From Candidatus Thorarchaeota archaeon (GTDB lineage: Archaea; Asgardarchaeota; Thorarchaeia; Thorarchaeales; Thorarchaeaceae): a DNA stretch of 64,000 nt. Of the stretch, positions 1-9,000 are shown piece by piece; within the stretch, counting starts at the first letter, position 1, and the number at the start of each line of letters is the position of its first letter. Location of the stretch: the NCBI GenBank assembly GCA_016839445.1, contig JAEOUG010000027.1, positions 35,113 to 99,112 on the forward strand. Direction: 5' to 3'. Made by a program: the position numbers and the translations under genes. The notes beneath the pieces are model-generated. The model was not told the DNA's origin and ran no database searches. It saw nothing but the letters and a program-made list of their open reading frames with translations.

Positions 1-94
1 GAACCTTCCTTATGGACGCAAGGTCAACCGGTTTCTCCTCAAAGACCCTTACGCTACGCCGTGATGACACTACATCATAGAAATCGCGCATCAT
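1..94 (-). CDS. Nitroreductase family protein, N-terminus only (runs off window edge)
   Basis: Manual translation MMRDFYDVVSSRRSVRVFEEKPVDLASIRKV contains the RRSxRxF..PV nitroreductase FMN-binding start; GGAG SD-like sequence upstream; not in ORF track. Confidence 0.8.
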   Translation of the reverse strand, partial: MMRDFYDVVSSRRSVRVFEEKPVDLASIRKV

Positions 95-118
95 AGTCAC
101 TTCTCCTGCTGGATACTG

Positions 119-955
119 CTAGAGCTTCTGACAGCTGGGGCAGTAGTATATCGCACCGCCCAGATAGCTCTCCTTCACTATCTTTGTGTTGCAGACATCA
201 CAGGGTGTTCCTGCGGTCTTGCTGTGTAGTGCTCTCCGGTAACCTCCAGATGCACCATACAGATCCACTTCACAGTCACGTCCGCCGAGATCAATCATCT
301 TCTGTAGCTCGCGACAAGACACCTCGTAGAGCTTCTTAATCTGAGTTTCAGAGAGTTCTGACATCTCCTGCTTGGGATGGATACCTGAGTGGTAGAAGAT
401 GTCTTGGATGACTCCGTTGCCGACTCCATTCAGTCCCGGCTCGCTGACAAAGAACTTCTTGGCACTGAACTTCTGTCCTTCGGGCAAACCCGTGATCAGA
501 TCCCTGAAGGCCTCCAGTGTGAAGTCCTTTGAGAGAGGTGTCAGCTTGTCCTTCGAGATGTGGGGGTGCTCTCCGAGGTTCTTCCGCTCCAGAAGTCTTG
601 TCTCACCCCACCCAGATATGGTGACAGATAGGTAGTCATCATCCTCGAACCTGAGGAGTAGCTGGTGTTTCTTTGGCAGACTAGTCGAATCCTTGTGGTA
701 GAGAATCCTCTCTCCTCCACATCCCAAGCTCAGTACATAATCCGGTAAGATCTCAGTCAGGATGATATTCCCGTTAGACCAGCTCTTGCCTATCTTCCGG
801 CCAGACACGATTCTGCTGAACTCCTTGTCAGAGTGCTTCCCTACAAAGGCGAATTTGTGGGGGCTCTCGTTTCTCACGGCAGTCCGGATCGTTTTCCCTT
901 TGAGGGCCTTGTTCATCTGCTCGGCAAACACAACGGCCTCTGGCAGTTCTATCAT
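119..955 (-). CDS. Fpg/Nei-family DNA glycosylase-like protein (H2TH + C4 zinc finger)
   Basis: N-terminal MIELPE (cf. MPELPE), H2TH motif GVGNG..QDIFYHSGIHP, C-terminal CxxC..YYCPSCQ zinc finger. Confidence 0.85.
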   Translation of the reverse strand: MIELPEAVVFAEQMNKALKGKTIRTAVRNESPHKFAFVGKHSDKEFSRIVSGRKIGKSWSNGNIILTEILPDYVLSLGCGGERILYHKDSTSLPKKHQLLLRFEDDDYLSVTISGWGETRLLERKNLGEHPHISKDKLTPLSKDFTLEAFRDLITGLPEGQKFSAKKFFVSEPGLNGVGNGVIQDIFYHSGIHPKQEMSELSETQIKKLYEVSCRELQKMIDLGGRDCEVDLYGASGGYRRALHSKTAGTPCDVCNTKIVKESYLGGAIYYCPSCQKL

Positions 956-1077
956 CTTTCAGCACACTCGTTTCTATATTGCGCCTTTGAAACAGGTCGA
1001 CTTCCTGATAAAATCGATGCACCGCTTGAGCAAATGTCGTGTGAAACGAACATGACATCACGGATATGAGCAACATG

Positions 1078-1114
1078 AAAAAGAGAGGGAAGAAGCCCGC
1101 AAGAACGGGCTTCT
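1078..1114 (-). terminator. Hairpin plus pyrimidine/U tract terminator
   Basis: GAAGCCCG-N6-CGGGCTTC inverted repeat followed on the minus strand by TTCCCTCTCTTTTT just after the stop of 1124..3598. Confidence 0.6.
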
Positions 1115-1123
1115 CGTCTATTT

Positions 1124-3598
1124 CTAGGACTTGGGCCTTCGCTGCTTGTAGAACAAGAGCCCAACAATGAGGATGACAGCAGCTGCGGCTCCAGCAACAA
1201 CCAGCAACAGCGGGAACTGGCTGGGGGGTGGAAGCACATGGACCGTCACCTCATCCATCGCAGAGTAGCCGTTGTTGTCGTACACCACGATCTGGAAGAC
1301 ATATGTTCCACGGGTCAAACCGTCGAGGTCATAGACTACCAGCTCTCCGGACCAGGCTATGTTGACTACCTCGGAGGCATCCTGGTAGATAACGTACCTG
1401 ACCGGGAGCGGGCTCTCTGGATTCCAGGCTATCTCGAACCCAGTTTCGCCTTCCACGAACTCGATGTCAGCAGGCTGATCGATGGTCGGCCTTATCATGA
1501 AGGCAATCTCGTTGATGAACAACTCGTAGTTGTCAGCATAGGTTGAGTTGTCGGTGTCATCGAGATACTCAGAGATGGCAAACAGATTGCACAGTGCGTT
1601 CCCACCGACGCTCAGGACTATGCCGGCCTGACTGCTGTTGTAGGTGGACGTTGCTCCTGCCAAGGCTGTGGCATTGTCCAGAAGGTCTACATTTACGAAG
1701 TCCGTCGTGAATAGGTCATGACTGGACTCGATTGTAGCTGCACCGTATTCAACAGGCACATTGAACACTGAGTGCCCCTCATCCCACAGATATATGTCCA
1801 TAGGACCACTGGTGACATAGCTGTCGGTGCTGTTCCATCCAAGGTAGTTCCACATCGTGTTGTAGGAGCTCGACCTGAAGTACCAGTCCCTCCAAATCAG
1901 CTTGCCGCCTCCCTCCAAGTGACTTCTGATTAGAGTATGTGAGCCAGTAGGTGTGTAGTAGTTTGCATCGATGACCACCAGGCTCCATGACTGCATTGAC
2001 AGACACTCGTTGAACACGGCCAGATTATTGGTCATGAAGTAATCAAGGCCAAGCTCGTTGAGAGCCAGAGCCGCTGGTGACCTGTAGAAGGTGTAGTCGA
2101 TTCCAAGTGAACCAGGACCGTCGGTGTAGAGGAGGATATCGGAGCCTCCTGAACAGAGCCAGTTGGCGATACTCTCGGCTAGATCAACATTGTCCTCATA
2201 GTCAATGTAGTTGCCGATGAAGTTGATGTCTCCCGCGAGAATCACTCGCCCTTGTCCGACTTCTTGTGCCACTAGCAACTCTTCGTCGGGTGCATCTAGC
2301 CAAATCAGAGTGAAGGCATCGCCCCAAGACTCGACTAAGGATCCTCCACTGAATTCTGCAGATGCCACACCCTCAGTTGCTGGATGAAGAGTCACGTTTG
2401 TGGTGACCTGTTCTAGACTGAAGTCAGTCGTGGTTATGTTCATGTCATAGCCTGCAAGAATCTGCCGGACGTTCTGATTCTGATCTGCAAATGACTGCCA
2501 CTCGCCAGCCAGCAGCAGACCACCGCCCTCAGAAACCCACTGGTGAATTGCATTGATTTCGGTAGATGTGTACGCTTCATCAGGAGCATTGATGTACAGC
2601 ATGTCGTATTGCCTGAGGAAAGCCAGTGTCAATGGTCCATCATCAGGATACGCCTTGTCGCAGGTGAATCTGTTTCTCACCCAGTAATCCCGCAGCGCAA
2701 AGTAGCGTCCTTCACCCGAGTAGCCGGTCGGGTCACCTGCATCAACCGCGTAATACGGGGTGTGTGTCAGGTCAAACAGGACTCGGCCCTTGGGTCGCAT
2801 CGCCAGCCAGTCAACCGCTTTAGTCAGCAAATCTGCATCAGGATTGCGGTCGGGATTGTCATCGCCGAATATCTGGACCACTCGTCCACCCTGATACTCA
2901 GGATCTCGGGCCACGCCGTTCGCCCAATACGTGCCGTCCTGTGCAAGTGTCAAGGTCGTGTACTCAGACGCAGTGGAACATGTCAGCAGCAAGCTTGTGT
3001 TGTAGGCAGCCCAATCGAAGGTGTTTGTGATGGTGGCCCCGACCTCATAGTCCTTAGTCACAGGGTGGCGGTTCGCGATAGTCTGGTACGTTGCCCAGAC
3101 ATAGTTCCAATCCTCGCCGTAGTCGTTGGTCCCTTCAGTGTCAGGAACCATGATTCCGAAGTAGTTGATGTAGTTGATTGCCCCATCTATGCTTAGTATG
3201 CCGCCTCCCCCCAGCCAGTACTGCTTCACGAGCGACGTGATGTTCTCACGAGGGCTGTTGTCAAACATGACGAAGACATCATAGTCAGCCACCTTCAGGT
3301 CGTGGTTCAGAATGTCCTGAAAGGTGAGCGTCACCACTTCATAACCAGCAGCCTCAAGCATCAGCGCAATAGCAGTGATGTTTGTGCTAGGCATTCCGCC
3401 GTGTCCGTAGGCAGGCAGGGTACCATTCGGCTCATCATATATGGCCACACGGATGTCCCGAGGAACTTGTCCTGCGAGTAGGGAGTCAACCTGAACCGAT
3501 TCTGATTGCCCCTCGTTGACATCGCTTGTGGTCACTGGAACGAAGAAAGTCCCAGCAATGAGGAGCACAAGCAATGGTAGGATGTAAGTCCTTTTCAT
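1124..3598 (-). CDS. Secreted, C-terminally membrane-anchored surface glycoprotein with repeated GATase-like (DUF4350-like) domains and an Ig/PKD-like domain
   Basis: Signal peptide MKRTYILPLLVLLIAG, three internal GGG-containing alpha/beta repeats, many NxS/T sites, C-terminal TM plus basic tail; start moved to ATG 3598. Confidence 0.7.
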   Translation of the reverse strand: MKRTYILPLLVLLIAGTFFVPVTTSDVNEGQSESVQVDSLLAGQVPRDIRVAIYDEPNGTLPAYGHGGMPSTNITAIALMLEAAGYEVVTLTFQDILNHDLKVADYDVFVMFDNSPRENITSLVKQYWLGGGGILSIDGAINYINYFGIMVPDTEGTNDYGEDWNYVWATYQTIANRHPVTKDYEVGATITNTFDWAAYNTSLLLTCSTASEYTTLTLAQDGTYWANGVARDPEYQGGRVVQIFGDDNPDRNPDADLLTKAVDWLAMRPKGRVLFDLTHTPYYAVDAGDPTGYSGEGRYFALRDYWVRNRFTCDKAYPDDGPLTLAFLRQYDMLYINAPDEAYTSTEINAIHQWVSEGGGLLLAGEWQSFADQNQNVRQILAGYDMNITTTDFSLEQVTTNVTLHPATEGVASAEFSGGSLVESWGDAFTLIWLDAPDEELLVAQEVGQGRVILAGDINFIGNYIDYEDNVDLAESIANWLCSGGSDILLYTDGPGSLGIDYTFYRSPAALALNELGLDYFMTNNLAVFNECLSMQSWSLVVIDANYYTPTGSHTLIRSHLEGGGKLIWRDWYFRSSSYNTMWNYLGWNSTDSYVTSGPMDIYLWDEGHSVFNVPVEYGAATIESSHDLFTTDFVNVDLLDNATALAGATSTYNSSQAGIVLSVGGNALCNLFAISEYLDDTDNSTYADNYELFINEIAFMIRPTIDQPADIEFVEGETGFEIAWNPESPLPVRYVIYQDASEVVNIAWSGELVVYDLDGLTRGTYVFQIVVYDNNGYSAMDEVTVHVLPPPSQFPLLLVVAGAAAAVILIVGLLFYKQRRPKS

Positions 3599-3784
3599 TC
3601 TCTTATCTCCCGAGCGATTCACAGCATGCACTGAATTCCGTCAAGAAGAGTATGGCGCGCGTGTAGAACCGCATCAATTGTACTGACTGCGTCAGAGCAG
3701 GCGCATATAATACTTCTACGTAGTCTCTCCGCCTCGGTCCCGCTCGACCAAAAGGGATATGACAACTTCTATGGCACTTCGCCT

Positions 3785-4453
3785 ATGGCAAGCTCCGCAG
3801 TCAGAAAGGCAATCTACGTTATCGCATTCTATGGGGTCTATTTCAACATCTTTCTGCTTCTGCTCGTACCTTCTATTTACAGCACCATCCTGTACGTTTC
3901 GTTTCTGGTGGTCTACTACGGAGTTGGCATAATCGACACTGCCGTCAGGCCAGTAACAGAGGAAGACAAGGGGGTCGACAAGTACACTCGGTACCTTCTC
4001 ATCTTCTGGCTTCTGCACCCGTTCATATTCACCCTGATGTTCTACGAGAACGCCTACTTCACACAGCTGTATCTTGCTCCGCAGACGGCCTCAATACTAG
4101 CCTGGACGGGACTACTCGTCTATGCGGCTGGAGGACTGATTTCAATAGCCAGTAGGATTCAGCTAGGGAGGCATGGGAGCGGTAGGCTTGTGCTCCAACA
4201 GAATCACGGCTTGGTCACATCTGGCCTCTACACGCGCGTGCGCCACCCCATGTACACAGGAGGATTGATTGGCAGTATCGCCTTCGGCATGGTGTTCCGT
4301 AGCCTCTTCGTGATGGTTCTAGACGTCGCTGTCTACTTCGTGATATTCCGCCAGCGAATGCAGAGAGAGGAGGAACTCATGGAACAGGAGTTCGGAGAGG
4401 AGTACTTGGACTACAAGAGAAAGACAAGACGTCTTCTTCCGGGCGTCTATTAG
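3785..4453 (+). CDS. Isoprenylcysteine carboxyl methyltransferase / PEMT (Ste14-like) family membrane methyltransferase
   Basis: LVTSGLYTRVRHPMYTG and EEELM..FGEEY..Y motifs; multiple TM helices. Confidence 0.85.
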   Translation: MASSAVRKAIYVIAFYGVYFNIFLLLLVPSIYSTILYVSFLVVYYGVGIIDTAVRPVTEEDKGVDKYTRYLLIFWLLHPFIFTLMFYENAYFTQLYLAPQTASILAWTGLLVYAAGGLISIASRIQLGRHGSGRLVLQQNHGLVTSGLYTRVRHPMYTGGLIGSIAFGMVFRSLFVMVLDVAVYFVIFRQRMQREEELMEQEFGEEYLDYKRKTRRLLPGVY

Positions 4454-4482
4454 CTTGATGTCAGCATAGAACATAGGAGTGC

Positions 4483-4761
4483 ATGGTCGTAATGGCAGCA
4501 TATCCAGAGAATCGAAAGGAGTGGGAGGCGTGGCTGGAAACACAGCTTGGCGTGCGGCAAAGTGATGGGAGGAGGCTGTTCCTGAGCGGCAGATTCCCGA
4601 TTACAGATCTTGTCGAGTCTTGGCGTCGTGAGTTCACTCCAGAGAGAGGATACAGCCCTGATTTCGTACCGGCACTAATTCGCAACCAGAAAGGGTTTCT
4701 AAAATGGGTCCTTGGGAACGGCCCAGAGCCCAACTGGGCCCGTGATGATAACACTCAGTAG
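4483..4761 (+). CDS. Small hypothetical protein
   Basis: ORF filling the gap between convergent neighbours, GGAG upstream; no recognisable motif. Confidence 0.5.
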   Translation: MVVMAAYPENRKEWEAWLETQLGVRQSDGRRLFLSGRFPITDLVESWRREFTPERGYSPDFVPALIRNQKGFLKWVLGNGPEPNWARDDNTQ

Positions 4762-4807
4762 AGTCATCTCATGAGAAGCAGCAAGAGCGCACCAATCGCT
4801 GTCGGTC

Positions 4808-5416
4808 TCAGAGCGTGATCTCAGTTCCCGCGGTGTATGCTGCATCCAAGGCGCCAGTGGCCCACAGCTGGTATCGGTACGTGCCGTGAACTACACCGTT
4901 CGCTGCGACAGTGGCATTACCAAAGACATAGATTGAGGGGATTCCGTTTCCTCCCGAGGTCAGAATCAGAGCAACAGGCTTGCCCTGGAAGTCGACGCGC
5001 TCCAGGTAGCCTAGCATGGCCACATGGGGTTGTCCTCCGTTGGTGGGACTTCCGAGCACAATCAAGTCATAACCCGTTACATTGGTGGGAGTCTGGGACG
5101 AAGTTGTGGTGATGTTGACACGCCAGTCTGAGTCCACTAGGCCTCGGACGAAGGCATTCACGATGTCCTCGTTCCAGCTTGTGACTCCTGGTCTGAACAC
5201 GACAAAGACAGTGCCTGTGGCTCCTGCGGGGTTCAGAGTCTGCACATCTCGTATAGTCGCACGGCCGTTGTAAGCAACAACCGCGACGCTAGTGACAACG
5301 AGAGATGCGACAATCACGACGAGCACAATGCTGCAGAGACGTCTCCTCCTCATGGGCTCATCTGGTTTCACCATGACTAATGAATCTTCAGTCCTTCTTC
5401 CATGATCCATAGACAT
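4808..5416 (-). CDS. Membrane-anchored flavodoxin-like protein
   Basis: N-terminal TM helix, then YDLIVLGSPTNGG and GKPVALILTSGG flavodoxin-fold motifs; start uncertain. Confidence 0.7.
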   Translation of the reverse strand: MSMDHGRRTEDSLVMVKPDEPMRRRRLCSIVLVVIVASLVVTSVAVVAYNGRATIRDVQTLNPAGATGTVFVVFRPGVTSWNEDIVNAFVRGLVDSDWRVNITTTSSQTPTNVTGYDLIVLGSPTNGGQPHVAMLGYLERVDFQGKPVALILTSGGNGIPSIYVFGNATVAANGVVHGTYRYQLWATGALDAAYTAGTEITL

Positions 5417-5915
5417 ACCAAGTGCGGAACCCGAGGAGTATCACCGTATAGACAAGAACGATGAGGAGGACTCCGCCGTACACAATCTCCAATGGGAAGA
5501 GAAGGGTTACTCCGACCGCGCCAATGAGGAAAATGCCATAGTATTTCCCCACGGGGTCATAGGTCGGTTCTTCTGAAGTGGACGTCGCAAGGAACAAGGT
5601 GAACATGAGAAGGAAGAGAGCCAAGATCCAGATGGGGTAGATATGCGTCAGCACAAAAGCTGCGAAGGAGAACATCACAAGCACGAAGTCAGCCAGAGGG
5701 TCCAGATACGCCTCTATCTTTGATGAAGCAGTGGTGCCCAGCCTTCGTGCGAGCATGCCATCCACTAAGTCTGAGCCAAAGGCAACCGTGTACAGAATAA
5801 CAGAAGCCTCGAAGTAGTCTGAAAGGAGTGTGTAGAAGAAGGCAGGTGCAATGCAGAGTCGAACTAGGACTACCACGTACGGGAGCTTCTGCACTCTGCT
5901 CTGATCTTGGCCCAA
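5388..5915 (-). CDS. CDP-alcohol phosphatidyltransferase family protein
   Basis: SDLVDGMLARR...LDPLAD signature (DxxDGxxAR..D..D); TM helices. Confidence 0.85.
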   Translation of the reverse strand: MGQDQSRVQKLPYVVVLVRLCIAPAFFYTLLSDYFEASVILYTVAFGSDLVDGMLARRLGTTASSKIEAYLDPLADFVLVMFSFAAFVLTHIYPIWILALFLLMFTLFLATSTSEEPTYDPVGKYYGIFLIGAVGVTLLFPLEIVYGGVLLIVLVYTVILLGFRTWYVYGSWKKD

Positions 5916-6045
5916 TTCGCCAGCTCCAGATTGACTACGGTCATGTCATCCTTAAGAATCAGTCACCTATCATGGCTCGCAACTCGTGGTCTCCGAGAAA
6001 CGCAAATATGGCTGTGCTTCTTCATGCTACCGCAGACGTGAGTCA

Positions 6046-9000
6046 ATGGAAATCAAGGTCAGAGGAGCAAAGGAGCACAATCTGAAGTCTGTGGACGTCG
6101 ACATAGGTGACGGACTGACAGTAGTCACTGGGATATCAGGTTCAGGCAAAACATCGCTTGTCTTTGATACCATGTACCACGAGGCAAGACGGAGGTTCTT
6201 GGACGTCTTCAGGTCAGGTAGCTCGACAGTCCGTATGCCCCCAGCAGATGTGAAATCGGTGAGTGGCATAGGACCTACAATCGCAATCGAGCAGAATGTC
6301 CTCAACCTCAATCCTATGTCAAGCTTGGCAACAGCTTCCGGACTACATCCATTCCTCAGGCTTCTCTACTCAAGATTCGGCACAAGGCTCTGTCTTGGGT
6401 GCGGTAACAAGCTAAGTGTGCTTCGGGAGGATGAGGTTGTGTCGCTCCTGAGGCAGGACGCAGAAGACAGGGACCTTGAGGTATTTGCGCCACTCGTAAC
6501 AGCTGTGAAGGGAAGTCATCGGACGCTGCTGGACCTTCTCGAGAATCAGTTTGGCCGCTCGGCCCTCATCGTAGATGGAAAGCCATATGACAGCTCTCCT
6601 CTCGACCCGAAGAAGGCCCATGATATCAGAGTGAGAATAGGCGCGCTCGGCCCCAGGTCCAGGATTGCGGATTTCAGAGAGGCAATAGAAATCTCATCTG
6701 TGCTGGGGGCGAACGCGGTGTCGCTCAAGTCAGGAAGCGAAACGAGGGAGTATGCCCTCAGCAACCTCTGTGTGCATTGCGGGAAGTGGGCTCGAGAAGT
6801 CGAACCAAAACACTTCAGGATGGACTGTCCCTACTGCAGGGGCAAGGGCTGCGAGCGATGCTCAGACACTGGGGTTCATCCTCTGGCTGCATCTGTCAGG
6901 TGGGAGGGCAAGACACTCAAGGAACTCCTCGCCCTGACGGTCGAAGAAGCAAGAGACCTCCTCGATGCGTCTCATTTGCCCCCAACTGCGGCGCGTCTTG
7001 TATCAGAGATCGCCAAGAGGCTTCATGCTCTCAGCACAGTGGGTTTAGGCTACCTCCAGCTCGATAGATCCTCTCCCAGTCTTTCGCGCGGTGAATCGCA
7101 GCGAGTCCGACTTGCCGTCTCTCTGACCAGTCGGCTCGAAGACATTGTGCACGTCTTGGACGAACCGACAATTGGCCAGCATCCACATGATGTGGCGAAC
7201 CTGATGCCGTCATTTAGGAGACTGCTTGGACCAGTGGTCTTCGTAGAGCACGATAGACTGGCTGCTTCCTATGCAGACACCGCAGTTGACCTCGGGCCGG
7301 GAGCGGGACACGCAGGCGGAGAGGTTACGTTTCAAGGGACCCCTGCTGAGCTATGGCGAAGCGACACAACGACTGGACGATACTTCAGCCTGAGAGAGCG
7401 TGTTCCCAGATTCGAGCAACGCGATTACCCGGATGAGTTCATCACCATCAGGTCAGCCTCCCGACACAATCTGAAGGGGATTGATGTGCGAATCCCCCTG
7501 AAACGTCTGACTGTGATTACGGGAACGAGCGGGTCAGGCAAGAGCACCCTGGTTGAGCATGTCCTGGTTCCCTCTCTGCAGAAGAGCAAGCCGATAGGAT
7601 GCAAGGCACTAGAAGGCAGAAAGGTCAAGCCAATCATGGTGGACCAGAAACCCGTGGGGAAAAATCCCAGGTCGAACCCAGGAACCTACACAAAGCTCTC
7701 CGACATGGTTCGAGACCTCTATTCGTCTGAGACTGGCCTATCGGCGTCACACTTCTCATTTAACCGACCTGAAGGGGCATGCACTGGCTGCAAGGGCATG
7801 GGCTCAGTTGAGGTGAAGATGCGGTACCTTCCATCCATCTGGATAACGTGCTCCGACTGCAATGGTCGTAGGTTCAAGGACGAGGTCCTCGAGTCGCGGG
7901 TCAAGTTCGGAGACCACGAGCTGAGTATTGCGGACTTCTATGACCTCTCCATAGGTGAGGTCCGGGATCTACTACGGGACGACAAACGGCTTCCCGAAGG
8001 CAAGAGGAAGGCATCCACGAACATCTTGGATGCACTGAGCACGATTGGACTTGGCTACCTGAAACTGGGCCAGAAATCCCCAAGTCTCTCGGGAGGAGAA
8101 TCTCAGAGGATCAAGCTGGCCAAGTTCCTCGGCAAGAAGTCGCTGTCGTCAAGAGTGATAGTACTCGATGAGCCAAGTTCCGGTCTCCACGCCGCTGACT
8201 TGAGCGGCCTCCTGAAGGTCCTCCACAAGTTGGTTGAGCAAGGAGCGACAGTAGTGGTTGTGGAACACAATACAGACGTGATTCGGTCTGCGGATTGGGT
8301 CGTGGACCTCGGGCCACAGGGAGGGCCAAACGGCGGAGAGGTCCTATACTGTGGCCCAGCCTCTGGTCTTGCTGATGTTGAGGAGTCTCTAACCGCTCAG
8401 GCTCTGGCAGAGGAGGAGAAGCTCAGACCAAGAGGCAGGCCCAAGAGGTCTAACGCCCTCGCTGATGTGATCCGTATCAAGAATGCCACCGCGAACAATC
8501 TGAAGTCGGTGAGCGTAGACATCAAGAAAGGAAAGATGACAGTGGTCACTGGCCCGTCGGGATCAGGGAAGTCATCATTGATTCGCGACGTTCTCCAAGC
8601 AGAGGCGGACAGACGCTTTCTGGAGTCGCTGTCGATCTATGAACGACAGGGCATGTCAGAGGGGCCAGAAGCACCCGTTGACACCATAACCGGGCTGGGG
8701 GTCTCTCTGGCGGTCTCAACCCGAAGAAGAAGAGGAGCTGGATGGTGGGCAGTCTACGAAAGGCGAGCGACTGTAGGAACGGTATCGGAGGTCTCTAATC
8801 AGATAGACGTCCTGTTTGCTGCTCTGGCCAAGAGGGCGTGTCTAGAGTGCGGCGCCGAGATGAAACGGAAGGACAAATGGATTTGTGAGAAGTGCGGAAG
8901 CACTGACACCCTCGATACACCACGAGCCTTCTCCCCTTCAACGTACTATGCCGCCTGCAACGAGTGCAGCGGAGTTGGTTCCAAGAACCAGCCAGTCGTC

